From a virus, in IMG/VR virus record IMGVR_UViG_3300022748_000017, positions 11,988 through 75,987 of that record: a stretch of 64,000 nt of DNA; one strand, given 5' to 3'. Shown here one piece after another: positions 45,239 through 55,695 of the stretch. The translations under genes and the position numbers were made by a program. The notes below the pieces were generated by a model. The model saw only the letters and a list, made by a program, of their open reading frames with translations. It ran no database searches and had not been told where the DNA came from. Each line of letters begins with the position of its first letter. Position 1 is the first letter of the stretch.

Positions 45239-46255
45239 TTAGGCAGCAGAAGCACGGACACCAGCGAATGGGTTGCGAACGGAACTAACCATACGCTTTT
45301 CAGCAAACATGGTCACAAAACCGGGCGCTGTCTGTTCCATCATTTGAATGGTCATTTCTTCAATGTCCACAATTGACAGGAATTGCTCCCAATTTGCCAG
45401 ATAGATCGGGAAAGCATCGGACAAATAAGCGTTGGCAATTACAGGCCAGCCAAAGATGTTACCCACAGCAGAACCATCAGATTCGCCGATTTCAAGGAAC
45501 AATGGCAAACCTTGGCTGTCTTTCAACTGGCGCAAAGTTTGAATCATTGTAGGACTCATATGCCAAGCAGTACCAGGCAAAGACCAGTATTGCGGTGGCA
45601 ATGCGTTAGCAAGATTGGTGATCTTGTTGTACGTTGGTGTTGTGCCGCCAAACGACACGGTTGCAATATCATGGATGCCATCGGTAATAGCTGTACCGCT
45701 AGTACCATATGCGCTCACGCTTGCGCTACCGTAAGAATCAAGGCCACGCAAACCGTCAGTGCCGCCTGTGCTGGTGGTGGTAGAACCCGATTGGTCATCG
45801 TTGGTTGCCATAGAAGCAGCTTCCAAACTCATGAATTCCAAAAACAAGTCTTTGACCAGAGTTTCTTCCAAGCCGTTTACATCCGACAGAACCGCTGTAC
45901 GGATAGGCAATTGTGCGGTGATAACTCGCGTTGGCAATTGCCAAATGCTTGTATCAGTATCTGGTGAACCAGTGTTAGGGGTAAATGTGTAGCCCCAAGG
46001 ATTTGTGCTGTTGGCAGCGTTACCAGTCTTGGCAACAAATTGCACATCAGAACCAGATTCCATAATCTGTCGTGCGCCAAGACGGAAGGGGTTGCCCTTA
46101 CGCAATGCAGCAAATGAGTCATCAAAGAAGACTCGACCACCGACATCCGACCCAGAACCAGTCAGAGCAGAGGCTTCTGCCAAATTGATATTGACTTTGC
46201 CGCCCTCGGCAATGGCTTTTTTGATTCCGTCTAGGATTTTTTCGGTGAGTTTCAT
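45239..46255 (-). CDS. Second HK97-fold capsid protein, copy B
   Basis: 338 aa, orthologue of 5275-6291. Confidence 0.85.
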   Translation of the reverse strand: MKLTEKILDGIKKAIAEGGKVNINLAEASALTGSGSDVGGRVFFDDSFAALRKGNPFRLGARQIMESGSDVQFVAKTGNAANSTNPWGYTFTPNTGSPDTDTSIWQLPTRVITAQLPIRTAVLSDVNGLEETLVKDLFLEFMSLEAASMATNDDQSGSTTTSTGGTDGLRGLDSYGSASVSAYGTSGTAITDGIHDIATVSFGGTTPTYNKITNLANALPPQYWSLPGTAWHMSPTMIQTLRQLKDSQGLPLFLEIGESDGSAVGNIFGWPVIANAYLSDAFPIYLANWEQFLSIVDIEEMTIQMMEQTAPGFVTMFAEKRMVSSVRNPFAGVRASAA

Positions 46256-46274
46256 GGGTTTTCCTTATTGCTTG

Positions 46275-46302
46275 AAAAAAGGCAGGGGCCGTAGCCCCCG
46301 CC
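46275..46302 (-). terminator. Intrinsic terminator between the capsid paralogues, copy B
   Basis: GGCGGGGGC-TACG-GCCCCTGCC followed by T6. Confidence 0.75.
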
Positions 46303-46314
46303 AATGGCAACGCA

Positions 46315-47652
46315 TTAGGTCGCAGTGCCTGTGGAGCGATAACGCACCAAGCTGAAGGGATCGCGCACCGAGTTGCAAACACGCTTCTCGCCATAGAAAT
46401 TGATATATCCTGGCTGTGTTTGATCGTAGCGGCGCAGAACCATGTTCAGACGATCCACAATGGTGTGGGCCTTCTGCCAGTCACCAAAGTACATTGGGTA
46501 CAGGCTGTTAGTGCCAGCGGAACCTGTGGTGGCTTGGCTGGGGTTATCAAGGTACTTGTTAACCACAACGTCAAAGCCCAACAGGCGACCAACGATACCG
46601 TCAGTCTCACCGGGGTGCATACGCTCAAACACTGGAGTGCCGTTGTCGTCCTTGAGGCCACGAATCTGCGACAGCAGAACGGGGTTAATCATGAACTTAG
46701 CGCTAGTGGTCCAGTACTGTTGCGGCAGGGCGTAAACCATGTTCACAACATCTTGGTAAGTGATGTTTGCAGCGCCCACGGTGTTAGCGTTGGTGGTGAT
46801 CTGGTCATAAGTCGCCAGCGAATGCAGACCGCTTGTAGAGCCAGTACCAGAAGTGCCGTAAGCAGCAGTGGAGGTAGTGCCTCCAGTGTAGGTGGCATTA
46901 GCGCCAGCGTACTGATCCAGACCGCGCAGACCATCAGTGCCGCCGTAGCCGCCAGAAGTCTGGTCATCGTTTTGGATCATCGACTGGGCTTCCAGTTGGG
47001 CGAATTCCAACAGCATATCGGAAACCACGTTTGCTTCCAGACCATCAATGTCATCCAGAGCCGCAGTACGGATCGGGAATTGGCAGTTCATGTCCTTCAG
47101 AACGATTTGCCAGATGTTGGTGTTTTCAGTAGTAGCCGAACCGTTGTTCTGGATGGCATAACCGAAAGCAGCGCCAGCGTTGCCCGTTTTGGCACGCCAC
47201 TGATAGCTAGAGCCATCTGTAGCAACGATGCGGCTAATGTCGCGCAGGGGGTTAGCCAAACGCAGAGCCACAAACACGGGGTCATAAGCTGTACGACCAC
47301 CCTTACCATCACCGCCAGCAGTCAGAGCCGAGGCTTCTTTCAGGTATGCGGCATACTGGTCTTCGCTTTCAAACAGCTTGATCTCTTTTTCAATCGAGCG
47401 AGTTTGTTTAGCAAAGTCAGCCAGTTGCTCTTTAACCATACGGTTAACGTCTTGGGTGACAGACTTGGCAGTCTCACGGATCACAGCGGGGGCTTGCACA
47501 GCAGCCACTTTTGCTTCCAGAGCAGCAACCATTTCCGACATTTCAGCTTTCACAGCTTCCACAGCGGCGGGGATAGCGGCCTCAACCGCTTGGATTTTCT
47601 CAGCTTGGGTAGCTTCGATGGCATCCAGTTTTTCAATGATTTCTTTAGACAT
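46315..47652 (-). CDS. Major capsid protein, HK97 family, copy B
   Basis: Orthologue of 6345-7694. Confidence 0.92.
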   Translation of the reverse strand: MSKEIIEKLDAIEATQAEKIQAVEAAIPAAVEAVKAEMSEMVAALEAKVAAVQAPAVIRETAKSVTQDVNRMVKEQLADFAKQTRSIEKEIKLFESEDQYAAYLKEASALTAGGDGKGGRTAYDPVFVALRLANPLRDISRIVATDGSSYQWRAKTGNAGAAFGYAIQNNGSATTENTNIWQIVLKDMNCQFPIRTAALDDIDGLEANVVSDMLLEFAQLEAQSMIQNDDQTSGGYGGTDGLRGLDQYAGANATYTGGTTSTAAYGTSGTGSTSGLHSLATYDQITTNANTVGAANITYQDVVNMVYALPQQYWTTSAKFMINPVLLSQIRGLKDDNGTPVFERMHPGETDGIVGRLLGFDVVVNKYLDNPSQATTGSAGTNSLYPMYFGDWQKAHTIVDRLNMVLRRYDQTQPGYINFYGEKRVCNSVRDPFSLVRYRSTGTAT

Positions 47653-47654
47653 GA

Positions 47655-48449
47655 TTAGCCTTTCAAGCGTTTGTCTAGGAGTTTAAGAAGTTCACGTTGC
47701 TCAAGGGCAGCGAGAATTTCCGCTTCGGTTGCCTCCGCATCAGAATCACTCTGAATTGGCGCAGTTTCAGTCAGTTCTTTGGCAGCGTCACGCTGTTCAA
47801 TCACTGACTTGAACACGGATGCGGCGGCAACCGCTTCCGACTTGGACAACCCTGCATCCCGCAAAGCCGATTCCAAAACTTTCAAGTCCGCAGAACCATC
47901 AGGTCGGAAATACTCCAACTTGCTGACTTCTGCTTTTGTGTTGTTTGGATGGATAACCACGCTCACCTCAGACAAGCCGCCTTTGGTGATTTGGAAATAG
48001 CCTTCATCGTAGTAATCGGAAGAACCCGCTGGCATTTGCTCACCGTTTTCCTTGACCCACTGATATTCTTCAGCATAAGCGCCAACAGAAACACCACCAA
48101 ACATCATCGGCGATTCTTTCATTACGGCGTAAAGGTCTTTGCCTTGCTGGGTGTTCATGTAAATGCGTCCAGCGGCATTCATACCGCTTTCGGTCATTTC
48201 AAAATCAGTCCATTCGCCAACAGGAATGTTGTTGCTTTCATGGTTCACAAACATGGGAAGTGGGCGACCATTAGAAGCAAATTCCTTTGCCCAATCCATA
48301 AAGCCTTCTGGCTTATAGAAGAAACGGCGACCATCAGCGCCTTCCCGAGCGCCCCAAGTCGTTACCGTTGCCTCAATCATGCCGCATTCGTTTCCGGCCT
48401 TTTCGGTTACCAGTTTTGCTTCGCAAACCAGCGTCAAGTGTTTGGTCAT
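47655..48449 (-). CDS. Prohead protease, copy B
   Basis: Orthologue of 7697-8494. Confidence 0.9.
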   Translation of the reverse strand: MTKHLTLVCEAKLVTEKAGNECGMIEATVTTWGAREGADGRRFFYKPEGFMDWAKEFASNGRPLPMFVNHESNNIPVGEWTDFEMTESGMNAAGRIYMNTQQGKDLYAVMKESPMMFGGVSVGAYAEEYQWVKENGEQMPAGSSDYYDEGYFQITKGGLSEVSVVIHPNNTKAEVSKLEYFRPDGSADLKVLESALRDAGLSKSEAVAAASVFKSVIEQRDAAKELTETAPIQSDSDAEATEAEILAALEQRELLKLLDKRLKG

Positions 48450-48579
48450 GGATAACCTCTACAGTTTTAGTCAGGTCTATATCGTGTATTTTAGGTGGCC
48501 TGCCGCGCTTTTTAGGCGGCTCACCATTTGGCGTATATGTTGCCAAAGATGCTACCACTATTTTGAAAATCAGTGACAC
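48373..48579 (-). CDS. Small basic protein with an AT-hook-like KKRGRPPK, copy B
   Basis: Positional counterpart of 8412-8627. Confidence 0.4.
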   Translation of the reverse strand: MSLIFKIVVASLATYTPNGEPPKKRGRPPKIHDIDLTKTVEVIHDQTLDAGLRSKTGNRKGRKRMRHD

Positions 48580-48581
48580 TT

Positions 48582-49994
48582 TTATTTGCCAATGTTCATT
48601 TTGCTCTTTTGGTTGCCGCCTCCACCCCCAGTATCTTGGGGGCTAGAGCCTGGAATCGGCTCTTGTTTCTTGTCTTTTTGGGTCAATTCATCACCGCCTT
48701 CAATTTCTGGCAAACCCAGATATTGACGCGCTTCATTGGGGGTCATAATCCCCGCCGACACACCAGCACTGGAAAAGTTCATCTGATCCAATGGTGCGCC
48801 TTTTAGGAAATTGCGGGTATCAAACTCAACATACAAATTTGGATAACCAGCGAAAAGATGTTGCTTCAACTTCTGTTGGACGTTGACCAAAAGCGGGTAC
48901 ATGGTGGATTTGTAGAACTCATCCAACATGGTTTGGGTGTTGTTGTATTTCTGATCTGCCACACCAATCATTGCAGGTGGCACACCAAACACACCACACA
49001 AACGCTTCATGGTTTGTAGCTTCAAAGCTGCGGCATCGGCATCTTGCAGGTTCAGCATCTTGATTGGCTCATAAGTCATGCCGCTATCAAGCAACATACC
49101 TTGACCAGCTTTAGACGGGTCGCTGTCTTTGCTACCCGTCATTTGATTCCACGCTTCTTTCAGACGGGCAGCAATTTCCTTGTACTTGCCATCGGGAATG
49201 ATGGCTTCAGTACGGAAAAGGCCAGATGGTTTAGCGCCATTCTGCATGATGTAGTTGGCATACAGGTCAATATCTTGGTCAAGGCCAACCAATTCCGCCG
49301 CCAAAATACCTTTGTTGAAACCTGCCGAACCCTGCCAAGCCTGGTCAGTAACGTGCATGATTTGATAATAGGGAATCTGGTTCCCATCATTGAAACCATA
49401 GTAGTTTTGCGCTCCAACTGGCGTGCTAAGACGGTATGTTGGATAACGAGTAGGCGTAACCGTAGGCGCAATCAGCGTGCTATCCAACACATACATTTCT
49501 AGCGGTGTCTGTGTGCTGTTTTCCTTGTCTTTGCGCCACCACAACGTGAACGCCTCGCCCGACAGTTCGTGCCACATCAGCCATTGATACCAGAATTCGT
49601 ATTGGCTTTGAAAATTGTTTGGATTGCTCAACAAACTCAGCACAGACTTGGCTTTGGCTTTATCGCGGGGGCCAACTTTATCGGATCGCACAGCATCCAC
49701 AAATGTGCCGTTATCGTCTTGGTACATAACTCGGATTGGCAACTGGGCCAATGACCGAGCCTTAACTCCAACGCAAGCCATGACAGTGCTATTACGGGAA
49801 AGCACCGACATATCAACGGGCCGACCAGCATTAGTGGTACTTGCCGTGGTGACATAAAGGATTTGCTGGGCAACTTGTGGGCCTTTTTGACCTGCCGCCC
49901 AAAGGACGTTGTTACCAAGGGCAGTTTGACCAAAAAGCGTGTTGCTTTCGGACTTTTTTGGGTCTTTGCGCTTGAAAATGTCAAGAATTGCCAT
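48582..49994 (-). CDS. Portal protein, copy B
   Basis: Orthologue of 8634-10031. Confidence 0.95.
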   Translation of the reverse strand: MAILDIFKRKDPKKSESNTLFGQTALGNNVLWAAGQKGPQVAQQILYVTTASTTNAGRPVDMSVLSRNSTVMACVGVKARSLAQLPIRVMYQDDNGTFVDAVRSDKVGPRDKAKAKSVLSLLSNPNNFQSQYEFWYQWLMWHELSGEAFTLWWRKDKENSTQTPLEMYVLDSTLIAPTVTPTRYPTYRLSTPVGAQNYYGFNDGNQIPYYQIMHVTDQAWQGSAGFNKGILAAELVGLDQDIDLYANYIMQNGAKPSGLFRTEAIIPDGKYKEIAARLKEAWNQMTGSKDSDPSKAGQGMLLDSGMTYEPIKMLNLQDADAAALKLQTMKRLCGVFGVPPAMIGVADQKYNNTQTMLDEFYKSTMYPLLVNVQQKLKQHLFAGYPNLYVEFDTRNFLKGAPLDQMNFSSAGVSAGIMTPNEARQYLGLPEIEGGDELTQKDKKQEPIPGSSPQDTGGGGGNQKSKMNIGK

Positions 49995-50001
49995 GTTTGC
50001 C

Positions 50002-51666
50002 TCAGAAAGTGCGGAATCCAAAACCGCTTACAGCGGGATTATCCAAGGAACAGTGCATAGCAATAATCATTGCAATGATCCCGTCCACCTTGGCGCTTTT
50101 ATCGGCCTCATTCTTGCGAATCTTGATGTTTCCGTTCACATCCTCATAAACTTCGCAGTTTCCGAGTTGCCAACCCACAAAAGCGTTTCCATTATGCCTT
50201 ATTTGATAATTCATCAACAATTTTTCAACGTGCTTGCTGGGATTGGACAAAACCGCCATACCTTGGCCCACTTTTTTGACGGGCAAGCCGTTATCCACCA
50301 ATCGAGCAACTAGGCTGGCAGCGTTGTACGCATCAAATCCGATTTCTTTCACATCGTACTTTTGGCATTGCTGGACAATGTAATCGCTGATTTCTCGGTC
50401 ATCCATGACGTTGCCTTCGGTAACGTGAAGGATTCCAGATTGCCGCGCAACCCTAAATATGTCCCCGTAATGTTTAGGAATGAGATTAAAGCCATCCTCT
50501 GGCAAAAAGAACTTGAATTCGGCTTCGTAGTCATCTTCTGCATATCTTTTCAGCGTACAAACAGCGTTCAAATCTCGCGTTGCCGCCAAGTCAAACCCAA
50601 TAAATACCGCTTCTGGTTCACGTTGTTCCACCCTAATTAGGGTGCGAGGATCGTCCCAATATGCTCTATCAATCCAAGCACTATTGGCGCTGACATAGAT
50701 ATTTAGGGTTTTGCACAAGAATTCGTTTAGGGCCGCTGGTTTGTGTTTGGCTTCCTCTGCCCGTTGTGCAATAGCTTCTTCAAAAACGGTAATCCCGTGC
50801 ATCGGATTGGCTTTTGCCCATGTCTTAGGATCACGCCAATCATCCGCAGGGTCTAGGCTATACAGCAATCCAAACCACCTTGGGTTGTCCTCAGCCTCGC
50901 CAGAAAGCATAGCTTCCAGCATCATCATGTCTTCGTAGAACTTGGTTTCCTTGGTAAAGCTGGCAGTCGTAATGTAAATCCTTAGCGGATTCTTACGAGC
51001 AACCATACCCGAGTGCAAAACCTCAATACTGTTCCGGTCAACGATCTGGGCTGCTTCGTCAATGATGGCACAAGACGGGTTCAAACCGTCGCCAGTCTTT
51101 TTGGTGTCCCGGCTCAAAGCCTTGAACATACTTTGGCTGTCGCCAGTCTTGGTGATCTGCTTTTTAACTACGCTGTACATAGAAGCAACATCACCAGGCA
51201 TAGCTTCCACAAAACCAGTGGATGCCGTGAAAACAATGTTGGCTTGGTCGCGAGTGGTCGCCAGGCAATAGACTTCAGAGCCAGCCTCACCAAAAGCTAA
51301 CTCATAAAGGGCAATTGCCGCAGTCAGGGTAGATTTACCAGCTTTGCGAGGGATGTAAACAATCACATCCGTAACCATCCGTTGGCTCGTATCCTTTTTG
51401 GATCGGAACCCATAAATGGCGCAAATTAGGAAAATCTGGAAAGGCTGAAGGGTTAGTTGCTTTCCAGCGTCTGGGCCTTTGGTATTGTGAAGCGTTCCAA
51501 CAAAATCAAGGAAATGCTGCACATACCGGACATGGAATTCCCACGCCCATTCCCTATTTTCTAGTTGATTTAGGAAACGCTGACAGGCCAACCGAATGTT
51601 TCGGCAAACCTGAATCTCACCTCGGACAACCTGTACAGCATAAAGAATCCCGTCTTCGTATATCAT
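50002..51666 (-). CDS. terL: Terminase large subunit, copy B
   Basis: PRKAGKS, IIDE, GFDLA, KVDG. Confidence 0.95.
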   Translation of the reverse strand: MIYEDGILYAVQVVRGEIQVCRNIRLACQRFLNQLENREWAWEFHVRYVQHFLDFVGTLHNTKGPDAGKQLTLQPFQIFLICAIYGFRSKKDTSQRMVTDVIVYIPRKAGKSTLTAAIALYELAFGEAGSEVYCLATTRDQANIVFTASTGFVEAMPGDVASMYSVVKKQITKTGDSQSMFKALSRDTKKTGDGLNPSCAIIDEAAQIVDRNSIEVLHSGMVARKNPLRIYITTASFTKETKFYEDMMMLEAMLSGEAEDNPRWFGLLYSLDPADDWRDPKTWAKANPMHGITVFEEAIAQRAEEAKHKPAALNEFLCKTLNIYVSANSAWIDRAYWDDPRTLIRVEQREPEAVFIGFDLAATRDLNAVCTLKRYAEDDYEAEFKFFLPEDGFNLIPKHYGDIFRVARQSGILHVTEGNVMDDREISDYIVQQCQKYDVKEIGFDAYNAASLVARLVDNGLPVKKVGQGMAVLSNPSKHVEKLLMNYQIRHNGNAFVGWQLGNCEVYEDVNGNIKIRKNEADKSAKVDGIIAMIIAMHCSLDNPAVSGFGFRTF

Positions 51667-52121
51667 GGCCCACCAAGTAATTTGGCGTATTTACCCGCCT
51701 CTGTCTTATTTTGTGCAAGCCGACCTTTTGGAGTCAGCCCAAGTTCATTCATTAGGACAACCGCCCGTGTAAGCGCCCTATCCCCAGCAGTCAGGTATGG
51801 ATGTGGTCCAACCGTCTTGCCGCCGTTGAATTCGGTAATGATGCCTTCTTCCTGAACACCCTTCCAGCATCGGACGTAAATCTCAATCTGAGTCGCTAGT
51901 GCTGCAAGAACGTGCTTATCTTGGTCACTTCCAATGCTGTAGGTTTCCCATAGAAAATCAGAAGTTTCCTGAATGAATTTGGTTCTATCCCAAGATTCTG
52001 GGTTATCCAGCCATTCAGCTTTCGGAACCCGTGAGCGCACATTTTCTGGCAGTGGCTTGGCCTTATGTCCAGAGACGGTTCCGTGAACCAAGTGAAGTTC
52101 TGGTGGCAATCTGTTTGTCAT
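51663..52121 (-). CDS. terS: Terminase small subunit, P27 family, copy B
   Basis: PPELHLVHGT, HPYL, ELGLTPKGR. Confidence 0.85.
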   Translation of the reverse strand: MTNRLPPELHLVHGTVSGHKAKPLPENVRSRVPKAEWLDNPESWDRTKFIQETSDFLWETYSIGSDQDKHVLAALATQIEIYVRCWKGVQEEGIITEFNGGKTVGPHPYLTAGDRALTRAVVLMNELGLTPKGRLAQNKTEAGKYAKLLGGP

Positions 52122-52195
52122 GGCTTCCTTTCTGAGGAATTTCCCCTTTTTTTTGGGAATTCCCTTGGGGCGCTTTTGGGTCCCCCTTAGCTTAA

Positions 52196-52216
52196 CCCAA
52201 TTTGCGGGAAATTGGG
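52196..52216. other. Inverted repeat in the putative packaging (cos) region, copy B
   Basis: CCCAATTT-N5-AAATTGGG between terS and the HNH. Confidence 0.4.
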
Positions 52217-52262
52217 ATCGCGCTTGCGCTTTTGGATTCGGCAAATAAAAGAGTTCTTTCGT

Positions 52263-52691
52263 TTAATTTCCGTCCTCGGCGTTGCGTAGATACAACGCAT
52301 AGTCCTCAAGCATCAGCGTCAACTCACCTTCATGCGTCCAGTGAAGAATGATTCCATGCTTTTCTTTTCCTGTCTTGTAACTGTGATGTTCTTGGCATAG
52401 GCTTTGAAATATATTGTTTGTGAAGGCGTGCTGGCCTATCTGTCGCCACGGGAATACGTGGTCTACATGGTATGCGGCAGTGATGATGCCTTTAGACAAG
52501 CAGGCTTGACATAAAGGCTGAATGGATAGCTGGCGCTTGCGTGTAGTCTTCCATAACTTACTGTCATATGCGCCATCTTGCTTGATGGAGTATTCCTTGC
52601 CGCCGTGGTCTATGCAATAGCTGTTCAGCTTACTTTTTTGAGCCTTGCAGCCCAACATAGCGCACTTCGTGTTGTGTGGTGTGTATGGCAT
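52263..52691 (-). CDS. Terminase-associated HNH endonuclease, copy B
   Basis: Orthologue of 13107-13529. Confidence 0.85.
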   Translation of the reverse strand: MPYTPHNTKCAMLGCKAQKSKLNSYCIDHGGKEYSIKQDGAYDSKLWKTTRKRQLSIQPLCQACLSKGIITAAYHVDHVFPWRQIGQHAFTNNIFQSLCQEHHSYKTGKEKHGIILHWTHEGELTLMLEDYALYLRNAEDGN

Positions 52692-52809
52692 TGTCTTCTC
52701 GATAGCCGTTAGCGTATGCGGCTCGGGCCACAGCTAAGGCTTTGGCTTTAGTGGCAAATGGCCCATGCGACCCCCACCACCAACCTTTGTCTGTCTTGCG
52801 GATTGGCAT
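52630..52809 (-). CDS. Small conserved hypothetical protein, copy B
   Basis: Manual translation MPIRKTDKGWWWGSHGPFATKAKALAVARAAYANGY. Confidence 0.65.
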   Translation of the reverse strand: MPIRKTDKGWWWGSHGPFATKAKALAVARAAYANGYREDNAIHTTQHEVRYVGLQGSKK

Positions 52810-52810
52810 A

Positions 52811-53206
52811 TCAGTTCAGGAATCGCAGTTTGTATAGCGTTCCATTGATTAGGTTAGCTACGTTGTCCAATTCATTCTGGAGTTCGCTATCTTGGGGGAA
52901 TCCGGGTTGGCGGCGACCTTGCTCCAATTCAGCGCTCAATGCCTTCAAATAGGCGATTGGCTCATCCGCTGGTAGTTCGTATGTCTTGGGGTAGTTCTGA
53001 ATCAGGCCATACTTGCCTTGGTAGCTTTCCACAAAGCTATCCACAAGATCGCCGACTTCTTCGTAAAACTCGCCCAATGCCTTGTGTTCAGCATAAGATG
53101 GGGTTTGCAGGTGCATGATGTGCGCCGTGGTGACGCTATTGAGCAAACACATCACCAGATCGGCGATTCCGTTGTTTTGCTGGGCTTCTTTTACGCTAAA
53201 TTTCAT
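52811..53206 (-). CDS. Ferritin/Dps-like protein (DUF5856-like), copy B
   Basis: AHIMHLQT.SYAEHKALGEFY...DSFVESYQGKYG. Confidence 0.75.
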   Translation of the reverse strand: MKFSVKEAQQNNGIADLVMCLLNSVTTAHIMHLQTPSYAEHKALGEFYEEVGDLVDSFVESYQGKYGLIQNYPKTYELPADEPIAYLKALSAELEQGRRQPGFPQDSELQNELDNVANLINGTLYKLRFLN

Positions 53207-53217
53207 GGGATTCCCCT

Positions 53218-53553
53218 TTAATCTGATTTTCGCAGGTCAGGCACTGGAACGTCAACAGGCCATAAACCAAGTTTGGTTAACTTATCCACAGTCTTTTCAT
53301 GGGCGTTACACCAAATAGCTTGGCGTTGGCTTTTGTCCAATGTGCTTCCTTGGTCAATTTCTGAATGGCAACGATAGCATAGACTGGCAATTAGATTGTC
53401 ATCGGCCTTGATCCCGCGCCCTTTGCCACCTTGCCAGTTTGTATGTGCAGCAACAATTGTCCCATCGTCTGCACCGCAATGCTGGCAAGGTATTTCCCTC
53501 GCATTTGTTAGTAATTCCTTACTTCTGACGTATTGATGTTTGGGGAATTTCAT
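53218..53553 (-). CDS. YbcO/DUF1364-like Zn nuclease, B only
   Basis: PCQHCG...VAAH...KG.GIKADD...LC.RCH.EID. Confidence 0.7.
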   Translation of the reverse strand: MKFPKHQYVRSKELLTNAREIPCQHCGADDGTIVAAHTNWQGGKGRGIKADDNLIASLCYRCHSEIDQGSTLDKSQRQAIWCNAHEKTVDKLTKLGLWPVDVPVPDLRKSD

Positions 53554-54026
53554 GCGGCCTCCAATATCGGTCTAGCTTTCTTCAATCTGACAACTTCAGC
53601 CACCATGTACAAGGCTTGCTCCATTTCGCGGACATTGCACGCATCTAGCTGGGCATCATGGACTTCCATGCCGATACGCAGTGCTTCACGCTCCTCACCA
53701 GTGCAAGCAAAGGTTGGTCGATCAATACAGCGTTTGCCAAGCGTATGGATAGCGTCTTGAGCCTTCTTGATTTCATCTTTCCAGTCTGCTCCCAGCTCAG
53801 GATTGATGATATACAAAGCCTCAGCGATATTGAATGCGGCAATCAGCACATCAATATGGTCTCGATTTGCTTTGCCCATCAGCAGTTCGTCCAATGCTTC
53901 ATGGTTCTTGAGTTTGAGTGATACACCAGCTTCAGGCAATGAGCCAACCTTTTTCATTCCAGCCAAAATCCAATTAAGGTTATCTGTTCTGACATTTTTG
54001 GGTTTGTATTTAGATTTTTTTCTCAT
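53550..54026 (-). CDS. Conserved phage hypothetical protein, copy B
   Basis: Counterpart of 16471-16932. Confidence 0.6.
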   Translation of the reverse strand: MRKKSKYKPKNVRTDNLNWILAGMKKVGSLPEAGVSLKLKNHEALDELLMGKANRDHIDVLIAAFNIAEALYIINPELGADWKDEIKKAQDAIHTLGKRCIDRPTFACTGEEREALRIGMEVHDAQLDACNVREMEQALYMVAEVVRLKKARPILEAA

Positions 54027-54826
54027 TATGTGTTCTTCTCCTTGAGTTTGGCTTCAATGGCGCGGGCGAATGCAACTCTGTCACCTGTCCACGCAAATGC
54101 CCACAAGTTGCCAATTTCATGCGGAGCCAGCCCAACCCATTGCCGCTGTGCTGCGGGTCGTTCATAAAGTGCAATTGCACCTTCGTCAGTTTCGGCGCAA
54201 TCAGTCCACCCAAATGGCTCTACTCTGAAATAGCCAAACGGTTCAGCAACCATTTTCGTGGTGTCACGTAAATGGTCAGGCGCTGGCTGTGCTGAGGGTG
54301 GGGTGGTGTAGGCCGGGACGTTGTAGTCCTCAACCAAATCGGACTGACCCGCTTCAATCCATGCCGCTTTTTCATCAGAAACTATCGCCTTCATTCCATC
54401 ATCGCGAATCCACGCCACAGGCTCCTGCACAGGTGCTGCTGTATTGGCCCATGCGCCATGCTTGTATCCGTCTTTCCAGCCTTGGTCGTATGTGGGTGGG
54501 GTGGTGTAGAGGGGCATTGGGTTGTCAAGCCACTCAGGATCGTCGCTAAAACAATCCTCCCTTGACCAAACAATATCTCCGTTCTCATCGCCTTCTGCCC
54601 ACGCCACAGGCTCCTGCTCTGGCTGCTCCAGTCTTGCTCGAATGGCGGTGTCAAGTTTTTCGACAACTTCTTGCAAATAATTAGACAGCGAATCTTTGCC
54701 GCAATAACAGCGGTTGTATTCACCATCGTCATGCAAAAAGCAATTGTCTCCATGTGGTCGCAAATTGTCTTGTGCCACTTCCAACGCCTCCAGCGCCTGC
54801 TCCAGTAGTTGTTTGTCAGATGTCAT
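54026..54826 (-). CDS. Modular accessory protein (Ea22/Eaa-like linkers), copy B
   Basis: QALEAL, QEPVAW twice, LYTTPP, AAQRQWVGL, IEAKLKEKNT. Confidence 0.65.
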   Translation of the reverse strand: MTSDKQLLEQALEALEVAQDNLRPHGDNCFLHDDGEYNRCYCGKDSLSNYLQEVVEKLDTAIRARLEQPEQEPVAWAEGDENGDIVWSREDCFSDDPEWLDNPMPLYTTPPTYDQGWKDGYKHGAWANTAAPVQEPVAWIRDDGMKAIVSDEKAAWIEAGQSDLVEDYNVPAYTTPPSAQPAPDHLRDTTKMVAEPFGYFRVEPFGWTDCAETDEGAIALYERPAAQRQWVGLAPHEIGNLWAFAWTGDRVAFARAIEAKLKEKNT

Positions 54827-55062
54827 GGGCGGCCTCCAATCAAGAACCAAAGTTTGTGCGAGTCAGTGTTTTCAGCCTTGTCTCTCGATTGAAGAAACTC
54901 GTCTTGCCACAGCAAGAAATAAAACTGATAGACCATGCCCCAGTAATAATCACCTTGGGCATAGTAACGGATGCAATCGCGCATCATTCGGTGCATGGTT
55001 TCAGCATCCATTGATACTCTTGCAAGACCTGACTTGGCCTTTTGGAATTTGTTTTCAGTCAT
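54823..55062 (-). CDS. Hypothetical protein
   Basis: SD-like sequence and coupled ORF. Confidence 0.5.
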   Translation of the reverse strand: MTENKFQKAKSGLARVSMDAETMHRMMRDCIRYYAQGDYYWGMVYQFYFLLWQDEFLQSRDKAENTDSHKLWFLIGGRP

Positions 55063-55249
55063 GTGTTTCCCCTTGATTAGGTTCATCAAAATCAAACCAC
55101 TCATGTATTTCATTGAGTACTTCACGCACAATGGATTCATTGATGTCTGCTCTGCTTGGCGCATCGTTGTGTTTGTATGCTCTTGTATGCCCAAGCACCA
55201 CTCCGTCAGTAATGCACTCTTCAAGTAATCGAATAAATTTTGGTGTCAT
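55055..55249 (-). CDS. Hypothetical protein
   Basis: AGGAG SD; starts MTPKFIRLLEECITDG. Confidence 0.55.
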   Translation of the reverse strand: MTPKFIRLLEECITDGVVLGHTRAYKHNDAPSRADINESIVREVLNEIHEWFDFDEPNQGETHD

Positions 55250-55695
55250 GTGTTTCTCCTTGCTTTTGCGTTTTGCTTTCGGATGGCTTCGCACTTTTTG
55301 CATAAACGCCAACCACGTTTTGTCACCCATGTGTTTTCTTCGGTGAACTCATGGCCTCTCAAACAATGCGTAAAGTTTGATTTGCCAATCGTGCAGATGC
55401 GCTTTTTCTTTGCCGCATCCCTCATGTTGTCGGTTCTGTCGCCCAAAAACAAATGATCTGGGTTAACGCAAATTCTGTTGTCGCACTTGTGAAGTACCCA
55501 CAACCCATCAGGAATCAGCCCATTAGCAAGCATCCACGAATACCGATGCGCTCCATGACATTTGCGTCCTTCTTCAATCAGGTGGGTGAAAAAAGCGCCG
55601 TATCCATTACCGCGAATCGCACTTTTCCACTCCCAACATCCAGATTCAGTTTGCTTGTTTACCTTTTCCCAAAACCGCTGATCTATTGGCTTCAT
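55246..55695 (-). mobile_element. HNH homing endonuclease (HNH_3-like), B only
   Basis: RFWEKV..GCWEW..GYG..AHR.SW..VLHKCDNRICVNPDHL. Confidence 0.85.

Noticed and set aside
53282-53290. DnaA box TTATCCACA in copy B
   Set aside because: A single site inside a coding sequence, compatible with chance
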